Counted from the stretch's first letter, positions 25,336 through 38,546 are shown. The stretch: DNA of 64,000 nt from Eledone cirrhosa (GCA_964016885.1 OZ024742.1:93000001-93064000), one strand, 5' to 3'. Notes: generated by a model from the sequence alone, not told the origin. Numbers and translations: made by a program.

Positions 25336-26073
25336 TATATATACCCATCAAATACATGTTTGTTTCCTTGTGTTTGAGTGGGTGATATACATACACATCT
25401 TTTAAGATTTTGAAAATCAATTAAAGATGTTTATCCTTTTTTTCAATTTACAGGGAAATTCATATTGTCTGGCATGTTTACATGCATACATATTAGATAT
25501 GTGTATATATTTATACATGTTGGTACACTATTGATTACACAGTTTGTATTTATATAGATAGAACTTTATATATATATATAGACACATAAGTGTGAAACCT
25601 TAAAGAAAGTGGCACAGCCTTCTCCATTAAATGGAGGATATTGGAAAGGACCCTCCCTTCATCACTGGAGTGAAATTTTGTCTGAAATGTGGAATATACT
25701 CTCACAAGTGTATTCAAAGAAATGCTGCTTAGATACACACCTCGACTGTTTCAATCAATGTCCCCAAGAAAGGAAATTAATTCTGAAAATGGTCTAGATC
25801 AGACTAATATTTTCGACTGTTCAAATTAACTCATGTCTCTTCATGAAACACGAGTTACCTAACTTCTTTCTTTTTAGAGTTAGCTCCCATTTAATTCATA
25901 AAATAAAATTATTTGTCTAATTAAAAGGTAATTTTGGGATTACCTGCCCTATATTTTCAAGAATCTCCCCAGATGTACTCCATTATTATTAGAGCAGGCA
26001 GAATGATTTGGGATAAATAGGTCAATTAAACTTAAGTACCTGTATATGTCACTGTTGTAAATAATCATATATC

Positions 26074-26104
<31 letters not shown>

Positions 26105-26130
26105 TTTAACATCTGCTTTTCTCTGCTAGC

Positions 26131-26445
26131 TATAAATATATAGTATAGTTAATATGCTGGATTGTGAGATATGTAATAAAAGACGGGATATGTTTAAAAA
26201 GACTGGTACAATGCCGTATGAAAATATAAAGGGCAAATGAGGACAAATATACAAAATAAATAACAGATCAATCATTCATTTTGTTTTGAACTGCTTCAGA
26301 TCTACATTTGAAAAGAGGGTGATAGCCCTGAAATATGTTGAAATATACTGGGTAAAACATTACTTCATTTTGTTTTATTTGTGATCATTTGCCCTTTATA
26401 TTTTTCTACTGCATTGTACTGGCTTTTTGAAACTTATTGGTCTTT

Positions 26446-26452
<7 letters not shown>
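26131..26452. mobile_element. Old fold-back element with decayed hammerhead remnant
   Basis: Imperfect inverted arms ~26171-26260 and ~26365-26452. A solo copy of the arm plus tail lies at ~38760-38905. Confidence 0.6.
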
Positions 26453-26496
<44 letters not shown>

Positions 26497-26536
26497 CACA
26501 CCACACACATAAATATATATATGTATATTTTTTCAG

Positions 26537-26622
26537 AGAGAAGGAGAGAAAAAGAGTCAAAATTATCTTCTCCAACAGATTATCTTTATGATCAGGTGAG
26601 AATAAAAGAGGAATTCCTGATG
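26537..26622 (+). CDS. Candidate isolated host exon (ERRREKESKLSSPTDYLYDQVRIKEEFLM)
   Basis: TTTTTTCAG acceptor, G|GTAAGT donor, an open frame and non-repetitive sequence. No recognised homology. Confidence 0.3.
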
Positions 26623-26925
26623 GTAAGTGAGTAGGTGATTCAGTAGTAGTAAAGGTGATAGAATACAAAATGTTTAGTCATTTATTAGTAATAAAGTTGA
26701 CAGAATATAAAAGGTTAGGTCAGTTAAGAAACTATTACTCTTATGTAATAAACATTACAAAGTACTCATAATGGTATATATCCTGCAACTAATGTATTTT
26801 GTTACTGTATAATGTTAGATAAGTAGACATAAATAGATATATGGGTGGATAGGTTTATGGATGAATTGATAAATGAATAGATAGCAAGACAGATACAACT
26901 AAGTAAGTTCAACTGAGTAGCTAGG

Positions 26926-27169
26926 TACCATATATACTTGAACATAAGCCGAGGAATATGTGACCAAACAATCAATGGTAGAAGCGAGGTTGGTTTATAT
27001 TCTGGGTCGATATTTTGACAATTTTTACCAACTTCAAATTTTAGCGTGGAAGATAGACATTAAACGATGATGATGATGATGAAGGTTTGGATTTTTGCAC
27101 ATTTCTCAGACATTAAATGGTGAGGGTCAGCTTATATTCATATTGGCTTGTAATTGAGTATATATGGTA
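26926..27169. mobile_element. MITE, Tc1/mariner-pogo-like, containing a short RTE-tail insertion (27043-27081)
   Basis: TIR TACCATATATACTTGA / TTGAGTATATATGGTA; same family as 12623-12838. Confidence 0.75.
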
Positions 27170-27626
27170 GGTACAATTAGGTAAATATATGGATGGATGA
27201 ATGGATATATTAATAGATGGGTGGATTGATGTGTGCATGGATAAATATATAGATGAACAGATGGATAAACAGATAATAGACTGGCCGGTTGGGTAGTTAT
27301 GAATAAACAGACAGACAGATTCGTGGGTAGATAGATGGCTAAAGATAGATAGATAGATGGATGGAGAGACAGTTTTTTTGTGTGTTGGAGGAAGGATAGA
27401 TGAAGAGATATATAAATAAGTGGACAGCCAGAAGGATGTGTAGATAGATATATGGATAAACATATATAGATAAACAGGCAGACTGGTTTTGAGGGTTGGG
27501 GAAAATGTATGGATAGATGTAAATGAATTCAATGGAAACAAGAGATGGACTGATAAAAAGATTAGAGAAAATGAGAGAGAAAATGAGAGAGAAAATGAGA
27601 CTAAAGTGAGAGAGTGAGAGAAGAAG

Positions 27627-27665
<39 letters not shown>

Positions 27666-28399
27666 AGAATGAAGAGAGAGAGGGGGGGGGGGGCTTTTAA
27701 CCAGAAGGCAATATCTGTCCATATTTACAGAATGTTATCCTACAAATAATTCTTCTAAATCTGTCCCAAGATCTGTTACTGATTAAACATCTCCTTAGCC
27801 TCACCTTCGGCTGCTTACATTTTCACTTTTCTCTTTCTTCTCCCGCACGGTTTTATAATTTTTATTTATGCATTTATTTTATTTATTTATTTGTTTTTCT
27901 GTTTGTGTTTTATACTTCCTTTTATTCCATTCCATTCTACTTCGTTTCCAATGCATCAGTAATTTCAATTAAACACACAGAGGCTGCTATTGAAAAAGAA
28001 CTTTCATTTAGTGGTATCATTCTAACTCAAAATGTTGTTTACACATTACACACATATACAGACACATACACATATACACATACATATGCACAACACACAT
28101 GCACACAACGCCCACAGACACACACCTATAATAAACAATACAAAACACTCACACCCAATATACACATGCATAAACAATATCATACATACATCACATACTA
28201 CCCACATACATAACTACATTCACATAAAACACACAAACTACACACATGCACACACACACTCACAACATTTCCACTCACTGACATACACACATCACACTGC
28301 TCCTACACACAATAAAAGAATATTTTTCATTGAATATGTACCAATTTTCTTAATATCTTCTGATCTAATTTTAGTCAGGCACAACCCATGAAGGTAGCA

Positions 28400-29835
28400 A
28401 ATATATATATATATGTGTGTTTGTACTGGTTTATCTCTCTGTGTATATGAATATGTATGTATATGAATATGTGTGTATGAGTATATATGTGTATAAAAAT
28501 GTGTGTATGAATATGTATGTGTATAAATATGTGTTTGAGTATGTATGTGTATATATATATATATAAGTGTGTATGAATATGTATGTGTATAAATGTATGT
28601 ATTAATATGTATGTGTATAAATGTGTGTATGAATATGTATGTGTATACATGTGTGTATGAATATGTATGTGTATAAATGTATGTATTAATATGTATGTGT
28701 ATAAATATGTGTTTGAGTATGTATGTGTATAAATATGTATGTATTAATATGTATGTGTATAAATATGTGTTTGAGAATGTCTATGTATAAATATGTATGT
28801 ATGAATATGTATGTGTATAAATGTGTGTATGAATATGTATGTGTATAAATATGTGTTTGAGTATGTATGTGTATAAATGTGTGTATGAATATGTATGTGT
28901 ATAAATGTGTGTTTGAGTATGTATGTGTATAAATGTGTGTATGAATATGTATGTGTATAAATATGTGTTTGAGTATGTATGTGTATAAATGTGTGTATGA
29001 ATATGTATGTGTATAAATATGTGTTTGAGTATGTATGTGTATAAATGTGTGTATGAATATGTATGTGTATAAATGTGTGTATGAATATGTATGTGTATAA
29101 ATGAATGTACGAATATGTATGTGTATAAATATGTGTTTGAATATGTAGGTGTATAAATGTGTGTATGTGTATAAATATGTGTATGAATGTTTGCTTTTGT
29201 ATATTTGTATATGAATATAGAATGGATATGTATGTGTCTGTATATATGTTTGTGCATATATATCTGTGTATATATGATTATGTGAATATGTGTATAAACG
29301 TGTATGAATATGTATATGTATATGTGTGTATATATGAGTGTTTGCAAATATTTATGTTGGTGTATTTGAATATATATGTGTATATATGTATGTATATGAG
29401 TGTTTGCACTTGTATATGTATTTGTATATGAATATGTATGTACATATATATCTGTATGTGTGTTAGTATTTGTATATTTATGTGTGTGTGTGTGTATGTG
29501 TGTGTATATATACATGTGTATACAAGTGTTTTACCTTGTATGTCTGTTTGTATACGAATATGAGTCTGTGTATATGTATGAATATGCATGTTAGTGTGTA
29601 TGAGTACTCTTGTATATTTGTGTATTTATGTGAATATGTATAGATATGAGAGTATGTGTATATATATGACTATCTGTATGTCAGCTTGGCTGCTTGTGTG
29701 AGTGTTAGTGTGTATATGTCTGTCTGTATATGTGTATCTGTGTATGCATATGTATGTATGTGTGTGTATGTATGTATGTATGTTTGTATGTATGTTTATC
29801 TGTGTTTGTGTATGTATGTGTGTGTATGATATATA
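28400..29835. repeat. (TG/TA)-derived minisatellite (~28-30-bp unit GTATGTGTATAAATGTGTGTATGAATAT) grading into cryptic microsatellite
   Basis: Regular unit across 28440-29190. The His/Tyr/Thr-rich ORFs here are artefacts. Confidence 0.9.
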
Positions 29836-30584
29836 TGTTAGAGGCAAGGGTTTCTTAGTTATAAACAATTTCTTTATTGTATTTTGTATTTGTTTGCCAT
29901 TGTTGTTTAAAGTATTCCAGCAAGCTATTGATTACTTACAAATGGATATATTTTGGGTCTGTGTGTCTTGAAATATCAAGAAACAAACTGTAAAAGCAGC
30001 ACGATTCTTTCACAAATAGAAATCATTTGAATATAAATTACCTCCCAAAACAACACCTTCTGCCACCACAACCACCACCAATATCAGCAACATTGTCGCC
30101 AATGTATGACCACTCCACCAACCAACAACACCACCACCAATACTACCCATACTGCCATCAACTTACATCATATCTGGCAATCTCCTTCACTACCACCACC
30201 ACTACATATAGTACCATCAAAATAATCAAAAACATTGTCACCAGCATATGTCCACTCCACTAAGCAACAGCAACAACACCACCAATACCACCTCTGTACC
30301 ACCAGCTTACATCACATCTCGCAATCCCCACCACTACCACCATCAACAACATTGTCACCAGCATATGTCTACTCCATCAACCAACAGCAACAACACCACT
30401 AATACTACGTCTACACCATCAACTCACATCACATTTTATAATCCTCACCACCACCACCACCACCAACAACAACAACACTCCTGATTTACATCATTTCCAC
30501 CAATCACAAGCAACTCCATGAAAACCATGAGCAGCACCACCAATACCTGTATCAATCTGGATATGTATTAGATCACCTCCTCCA

Positions 30585-30692
30585 ATCATACAGTGAAATG
30601 ATCAATGGGTATCAATTGATATTCCTAATGGTATTGGATATCATTGACTGAAATGATCAAACCCATGCAAGCGTGGAAGATGGACGTTAAAC

Positions 30693-30728
<36 letters not shown>

Positions 30729-31770
30729 CAATAGGTAGTGATATATTTTTACATTGGTGTTTGATATCATACTGTGAAATGACCAATAAAGAGTGATAGA
30801 TCTTTACACTGGTGTTAGATATCATACACTGAAATGACCATTGGAGAGTGATAGATCTTTGTAATGGTGTCAGATTTGATACTGTGAAATGACAAATAGG
30901 GAGTGATATATCTTTATACTGGAGTTGGATATCTTACAGTGAAATGACCAATGGATATCAATATATCTTTACTATTGTTGTATATCATTCAGTGAAATGA
31001 TGAATGTGATATATTTTTACAATGGTGTTGGATATCATACAGTAAAATGACCAAAATAGTGATAAATCTTTATAATGGTGTCAAATAATATACAGTGAAA
31101 TGACCAAAATAGAGTGATACATCTTTATAATGGTGTTGGATATCATACAGTGAAATGACCAATGGATATTAATATATCTTTACACTGTGTTGGATATCTT
31201 ACAGTGAAATGACCCTTGGAGTGTGATAAATCTTTATAATAGTATTGGATATCATACTGTGAAATGACCAACAGAGGGTGATATATCTTTATAATAGTAT
31301 TGGATATCATACAATGAAATGACCATTGGAAAGTGATAGGTCTTTATATTGATGTCAAATTTCATACAGTGTAATGACCATTGGAGAGTGATATATATTT
31401 ATAATGGTATTTGATACCTTACAGTGAAATGACCAATGGATATCAATATATCTTTACACTGTGTTGGATATCATACAGTGAAATGACCATTGAAGTGTGA
31501 TAAATCTTTATAATGGTATTGGATATCATACAGTGTAATGACCATTGGAGAGTGATATATCTTTATAATGGTATTTGATACTTTACAGTGAAATTTGGAG
31601 TATGATAGGTCTTTATAATGGTATTGAGTATTATTGCCTTAAATGACCATTAGAGAGTGATAGATCTTTATAATGGTATTGGATATCTTACAGTGAAATG
31701 ACCAATGGAAAGTGATAGATCTTTATAATGGTGTTAGATATCTTATGGTGAAATGACCATTGGAGAGTGG
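30585..31770. repeat. ~55-bp minisatellite (GATATCATACAGTGAAATGACCATTGGAGAGTGATAGATCTTTATAATGGTATTG), about 20 diverged copies
   Basis: GTGAAATGACC recurs every ~53-56 bp; the array is interrupted at 30661-30728 by an RTE tail. Confidence 0.9.
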
Positions 31771-32449
31771 TTGTCATTTCATAAAGTAATATACAATACC
31801 GTTATAAAGATCTACTGGATAGTTCTTTATACTACCATTGGATATCCCTACACCACCACCAACATTGTCAACAAAACCAGCCGCAGCTGTTCTAATACAT
31901 AAACAAGTAGTGGTGGTGGTGGGGCTTGTGTTGTTGTTGGTGGTGGTGAAACTTGTTGGTTTTGGTGTTGGTGTTGGTGGTGGTGGCACAGGCTTGTGTT
32001 GTTGTTGTGGGTGTTGGTAGTACTATACTACTACTCCTACTACTAGTAGTATAGGTTGCAGTGAAAATAGTGGAGCTTATCTTGTTGTAAGTGGCAGTAG
32101 TGTAGTAGTAGTGGTCATAGTGGAGGTAGTTGTGGTGGAGGAGTTTGTGATGTTGTTGATGGTAGTATAATATTAGTTGTAGTGGATGTGGTGGTGGAGG
32201 AGCTTGTGTTGTTGGTAGTATAGTAATACCAGTAATAGTGGTTGTGGTCATAACAGTATTAGTAGTGGTAGTGGTAGTAGTAGTACATCAACATAATCAT
32301 TAAACAGAGAACATTTTTCAAAACAAAGTTTTAAAAATTGATTTTGGTGTTGATAACATTTCAGTATTCAAAGGTTTGGTAAAGATTAGAGAAAAGAAAA
32401 GAATAAGAATAAAATTATCTTCATGATATGAATAATAACAATAATAATG

Positions 32450-32519
<70 letters not shown>

Positions 32520-32534
32520 TAAGAATAAAAATAA

Positions 32535-33035
32535 AGCAAGCATGAACAGCTTATATATGAAGAGAAAGAATGGTGGTAGAGATCTCATCAATGTGGATTA
32601 TTGTGTATGGAGTGAAAGGAGATCACTTGACGAATATTTGGTAAACAGTGACAAAGAGTTGTTGTAATATGCAGCAGAAGATATGGGTATACAGATGAAA
32701 TGGCTGGTAAGGAAGAGTTTAACCAAAGAGTTGTTGCAATATGCAGCAGAAGATATGGGTATACAGATGAAATGGCTGGTAAGGAAGAGTTTAACCAAAG
32801 AGTTGAAGAGAAGAGAAAAGATCTTCTAGAAATGAGAATGCATGGGCAATTAAAAGAAATACACAGGATATCAAGGATACAACATAATGGACATGGCTTA
32901 AGCAAGGTGTTTTGAAGTGTACCACTGAATGTCTTATAATCGCAGCCCAAGACAAAGCTCTTGCTACCAATTCAGTGAAGTATAACATCTACAAAACTTC
33001 TGACACCCAGAAATGCAGGCTCTGTGGAAAGAATA
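32535..33035 (+). mobile_element. Fragment of an R4/Dong-like non-LTR retrotransposon next to (TAA)n
   Basis: Frameshifted LYMKRKNGGRDL...MHGQ...TECLIIAAQDKALATN...KCRLCG; 72-bp internal duplication at 32652/32724; preceded by (AAT)n at 32431-32520. Confidence 0.8.
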
Positions 33036-33504
33036 TGGATATAAAGTAGTGGCCATACTCGAAAACAAGTTGGCAGCCACGATAGTGTGTGTATATATAT
33101 ATATTCTTATGCCAGGGAACGTCTTCATGAACCAAAATATCGTCTTCCTGTTTTCCTTCGGTTGCAACGTTTTTCGAAATATTGACATCTGCGTTCACAG
33201 ATTGATTTTTTTTAGTTTCAGAAGATCCCATTAAGGGTGAAAGCAGCGATTCTTTGCTTAAACTTTAATATGTTATTTCAATATAGATATTCGTGTACAG
33301 ATATTTTTGCATACACAAACACAAAATATAAACAAAAAAGGCTGGCGATTACATAATCACATGCATCACTGACAGATATTTTTGCATACACAAAAACATT
33401 TCGAAATATTTACTTCTGCGTTCACAGATTGATTTTTTTAGTTTCAGAAGATCCCGTTAAAGGTAAAAGCAGTGATTCTTTGCTTAAACTTTAATCTGTT
33501 ATTT

Positions 33505-33542
<38 letters not shown>

Positions 33543-33546
<4 letters not shown>

Positions 33547-34510
33547 AATTAAGTTAAAAATGTACATCTACATATGCATACTGAAATACTAGTATGCATA
33601 TGAATACACACACGTATACATATGTAGATGTACCAAGTCTTTCACTGGTTACTTTACTGTGAGTATCCAGCTATTCTGTATGTAAACACACAGACAAACC
33701 GGTTTTTAGAGTCATACTGGTTTTTGAGGAAACACCTTTCCTCTATTCTCCAGAAAGCCAGACAAGGAATATTGAACTAGTTTCGTTGTTGTTACAACTC
33801 ATCAGCAATATTTACCTATCTACCGGCCTTTCTGGAGAATCGTAAAAGCACATATCGTTATATGCTTTTTCTATGAAAATTAGTAGTGGGCAGACTAATT
33901 TGCATAGAGTGTGAGTACGTACCGGTTCAACGGAGACGATAAAAACAAATAACGAAACGAAATTAAATTTCGTTTCGTTTGTAACTCACTTTTGTATGAC
34001 TGACGCTTAAACAATTAAGTTAAAAATGTACATCTACATATGCATACTGAAATACTAGTATGCATATGAATACACACACGTATACATATGTAGATGTACC
34101 AAGTCTTTCACTGGTTACTTTACTGTGAGTATCCAGCTATTCTGTATGTAAACACACAGACAAACCGGTTTTTAGAGTCATACTGGTTTTTGAGGAAACA
34201 CCTTTCCTCTATTCTCCAGAAAGCCAGACAAGGAATATTGAACTAGTTTCGCTGTTGTTACGACTCGTTATGACTCTAAAAACCGTTTGTCTGTGTGTTT
34301 ACATACAGAATAGCTGGATACTCACAGTAAAGTAACCAGTGAAAGACTTGGTACATCTACATATGTATACGTGTGTGTATTCATATGCATACTAGTATTT
34401 CAGTATGCATATGTAGATGTACATTTTTAACTTAATTGTTTAAGCGTCAGTCATACAAAAGTGAGTTACAAACGAAACGAAATTTAATTTCGTTTCGTTA
34501 TTTGTTTTTA
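33543..34510. mobile_element. (TA)n-flanked Penelope-like non-autonomous element, family A, copy 2 (tandem plus inverted units)
   Basis: 466-bp unit 33543-34008, a partial direct repeat 34009-34268, then an inverted arm 34269-34510 ending at the same terminus as copy 1. Confidence 0.85.
33768..33812 (-). ncRNA. Minimal type I hammerhead ribozyme
   Basis: Identical to 16619-16663. Confidence 0.85.
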
Positions 34511-34796
34511 TATATATATATATATATATATAACAAAATATAAACAAACGATAAGGATAAATATATATCAAATATATAAGACCCCCTAGAGAAAATCCCG
34601 AGCAACGCCAGGACATTCTGCTAGTAGTTTTTAAAACATTTAAGAATTGTGAGTTATTTTACCAAATTTCTCCAATGGTAAACAATAGGTGAGATAACTC
34701 TATTATTAAGCTGGTGTTTTGAGTATAACTGAAGAAAGTTTCTTATACATAATGTAGTGTCATTCATTAGAAATAAGGCAATAAAAAGGTTAAAGC

Positions 34797-35467
34797 AGGG
34801 GTTCCCGACCTTTTTTGTGTCATCAGTCACTTTCATATGGAAAAATTTTCCACTGCTTACCTGTATAGTAAATATCCAAAAGCATACCAAAAATATTTGG
34901 TAAAAGTTTGTTACTGGTTTGTTATTCCCATTTAGCCTCCTGTTTTTTTTAATACAAGTTCTTTGCATATAACATCATTTTACGTTCGCTTTTCCCTGCT
35001 AGCAAGGGTGGGACGGGAACTGATTCTGGCTTGATTTCTACAGCTAGATGCCCTTCTTAACACCAACCTCATTTACAGTGAGTGGTGGGTGCTTTTTTTG
35101 CCGTGGCACCTCCACAACCACATTGCAGTGGAATGATAGGGACCCCAGTCCCTATCATCTCATTTCTACAGCTGAGTAAACTGGAGCAATGTGAAATAAA
35201 TCGTTTTGCTCAAGGAAACAACACATCACCCGGTCTGAGAATTGAACTCACAACCTTTCGATTGCAAGGCCAATGCTCTAACCACTAAGCCATGTGCCTC
35301 CATACATATTCTTTGAATATTTGTTTCAGGTAGCATATGGTGAAATACCTTCTTAAAATTCAAAATCCTATTTCGTCTATCAATCACCCACCCCATTCTG
35401 CTCAATGCCCACTCAACAGTTGAAATCGCCCACCAGTGGGTAATATCACCTAGGTTTAGAAATCCTG
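34797..35467. mobile_element. Possible hAT-like MITE interrupted by a SINE
   Basis: Termini CAGGGGTTCCCGACCT ... AGGTTTAGAAATCCTG, an imperfect inverted pair. Confidence 0.4.
34972..35301 (-). mobile_element. CORE-type SINE with RTE tail
   Basis: Highly similar to 21457-21800. Confidence 0.9.
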
Positions 35468-37435
35468 AGTTAAAGTGTTTATATCTATCTAAAAAGCTTC
35501 CACCATAATTTTTCATAAAAACCTTTGTTAAGTTATGTTTTAAACCCAGCTAAATAATGAGAAAGTGATATAACTAAGTCTAAATAAAATTCTTGATTAT
35601 TTCCAAATCGGTTTGAAAATATTAGGTAGTATTTCTTATTAGAAATATGCCAATGAAAGGGTTAAAAAAATCAATTACTCAATCACTTGATCTGGATAAA
35701 CCAGATGACATAGGTGGCAGATAATTGTTTTTCAGTCTTTAGGTATGTCAGATGTGGGCAATGATTGTAGCATTGGACAATGCTTTGAACCTACTAAAGA
35801 ACTACTTGCAAGAGTTCAAGAAAAGCTATGACAGGAAAGACCAAAGCTATTACTATATGTGTGTGGTGTTGGGTGGTACAGATGTGGTATGTTGCAAAGT
35901 GCTGTGATGTGCACTTTGGTGTGATGTAGTTAAGGGAGAGTAGTGGATGTGTGTTTGTGTGTGTGTGAAAGAGAGAGAAATGTATGGAATGGTGTGAGTG
36001 TAATGTTGTATGATATATTGTAGTATGATATATACTTGCATGTTAGTGTGAGTATGTATATGTGTGTATGTATGTCTGTATGCAGGATTTATAAATGAAT
36101 CCCAAGAGCCCCAATTTATAGCAATATAACAGTCAGAGCTAAAAGTAATATTTATGTTGGTTTTTACTCCAAGACATATATTGAATGGCTTCAAAGGAAG
36201 TTGGTTAAATATTGAGGCCACGTCTCTTTATGGTTGGATTACCTTAAGATTTCATGATATTTTCCAATTAAGTAGACTTTAGTATCTACCGTTATGTGCA
36301 TATTTCATCTTTAGCAGAGCTTAATCAAGCATTTTAGTTAATAAGAAAAGAAAAAAAGAAAAATTCCCAGTTGACCAAAAACATTTACAAAACAAACAGA
36401 CATATAAACACACTACAACATATACACATGCTACAGAACACACACATACATTACAAAACACACCGTACTACAACACCACATTACACTGTTTCATATCTAA
36501 TACAACACACATGCACACATACACACACCACAGGCACACACTGCAAAACACACACCCCACTCCACATTATAAAATGCCACACTATTCTACACAGCACCAC
36601 AACTACATCATACAGCATTTCACATGACACCACCTTGCGCACCAAACTACACCACACCACAACACTACACTACACCATGGTACACTGTCCTGTGTCTCAT
36701 ACTCACACACACTACATCCCTCTATACCACACAGACACACATACCACACCAAACTGTACACCCTACCATAGAATACCATTCTATACTACACACACACTAT
36801 AACACACCATTCTATACTACACACATACACGCTCACTACAATACACCATTCTATATTACACATATACAAACACTACAATACACCATTATATACTACACTC
36901 ATACACACACACACTACAACACACTATTCTATACTACACACTACAACACACCAATCTATACTACACACATACACACTCACTACAATACACCATTCTGTAC
37001 TACATACATACAACATTAATGGAAGTAAGGTTGCTAGCCTTGTGCCTCATCACTTCTCCTTTCTTAACACAGACCAAAGTCAAGAGGGAGGGTTTCAGAA
37101 CCCTGGATAAGGACAACTTTTAGGTACTGTTACTCAGAGCCAGCAACTCTGTAATATTTAGTCAGACATAAAGCTCAAAGATATCTAGATAGCAGTCTGG
37201 ATTAAACGTTAAACAAAACAGGCATGTGCTTAAAGCCTCAGATAAAGAGCGGCCCTATATAATTTTTATCCAGTACAGTATATAGGAGTTTTGTTTTATA
37301 TACAGTATAATACCCTAATCTCTTCAGTGTTTAAGGTCTTTAAGTTTCTTAACACTGCCCTGTTAGATAATGTCTAACTATTAATCATTTCTTATTAACT
37401 TGTTGCAAATGTCAAATATGTATATTATACTATGT

Positions 37436-37565
37436 AAAGGCAGTGAATTGATAAAGCTGTTAGAATATTGGACAGAATCCTTTGCAGTATTCGTTCCAGC
37501 TCTCTACGCTCTCTGAGTTCAAATCTCACTGAAGTCGACTTTGCTTTTCATTCTTTTGGTGTTAG
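37436..37565 (+). mobile_element. Diverged 5' part of another tRNA-derived SINE (octopus-type)
   Basis: AAGGCAGTGAATTG...CTGAGTTCAAATCTCACTGAAGTCGACTTTGCTTTTCATTC; recognised from memory only. Confidence 0.6.
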
Positions 37566-37767
37566 AAGTCAACTCTTCCTCTCTATCTCTTTCTCACATT
37601 CTCAACAAGAAATTGGTTGTGTTCAGACAGGGAGAGGGGGGTGGCTTTGCCAGGTTAAAATGTCCATGACATGTCATATGTCACGACCGTGCCCCTACAA
37701 CTCCATCAAGTGTTGCGGATCTATACATACATATGGTATTACAGCATCTCCTTCTAAGATTACTTGT

Positions 37768-38014
37768 TTTACCCTTTTCGTACCAAACACCCTGAAACTA
37801 CTCATTCTACAATACGAAAATGTTTGTTTTAAAGTGTTTATATTTATCTAATAATCTATTATAACTTTACAGAAGAAACTTCATTAAGCTATGTTCCAAA
37901 CACTACTTTAATATGTTATGTTACTAAATCCTTTCAAATTGTTGATTATTTACAAAACTATTTGAAGATCATATGCAATGCTTTTCATTAGAAATTTGGC
38001 AACAAAAGTGTTAA
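37768..38014. mobile_element. TTAA-flanked MITE
   Basis: TTTACCCTTTTCGTACC...GGCAACAAAAGTGTTAA; related left ends at ~38547 and ~38949. Confidence 0.55.
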
Positions 38015-38164
38015 AAAAGCAGTACCAGTATTTAATGGTAGGTGTATGTTGAATGTATATATAATGATGTACATATATATCTTTTATGGATAGGTACTGG
38101 CATAGAGCCACAGAAATTTGATGTCACCAAAAAAATCAGATGGATATTCCCATTAGTTTTTAAC

Positions 38165-38546
38165 TTTCTTTTTCCAGATATTAACCATGGCATCACGCAG
38201 TAATACAGAAGATCTGACCCACCACAGGAACAAGCCGAAGCTGAAGCATATAGACAATATGCCCCCACACCCTACAACTGCAAAGTGGTCGTAGAAGTGC
38301 CACAGCAAAAAAGCACCCAGCCCACACTGTGAAATGGATGGGTAGGCGCCACGGGAAAAAAGCACCCAGCACTCACTGTAAATGAGGTTGGTGTTAGGAA
38401 GGGCATCCAGCTGTAGAAATCAAGCCAGAATCAGTTCCTGTATGAGCAAGACAAGGTCAGCCGACTGGACACTGCCCACAACAGGACAACCTGTCTAACC
38501 TATGCTAACGTGGAAGAACAGACGTAAAATGATGATGATGATGATG
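38165..38546 (+). mobile_element. RTE-family 3' end fragment with (GAT)n tail
   Basis: CAGTAATACAGAAGA is shared with 18320; the downstream region matches the SINE 3' half. Confidence 0.7.

Larger units (their letters stand above)
33090..34624 (+). mobile_element. Non-autonomous Helitron-like element, interrupted by the fold-back element
   Basis: 3' end CCCGAGCAACGCCAGG hairpin-like motif followed by CTAG|T at 34621-34625; internal duplication with 226-bp offset. The 5' boundary is uncertain. Confidence 0.6.

Noticed and set aside
25580-25860. Hammerhead or PLE remnant (minus-strand GAAACAGTC)
   Set aside because: The core box is too degenerate and stem II is not evident.
27900-32540. Many His/Thr/Tyr/Val/Asn-rich ORFs
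   Set aside because: These are translations of microsatellites and minisatellites.
14630-35288. Recurrent 79-aa ORF MPFLTPT...QGQCSNH as a gene family
   Set aside because: It is an antisense reading of SINE copies.
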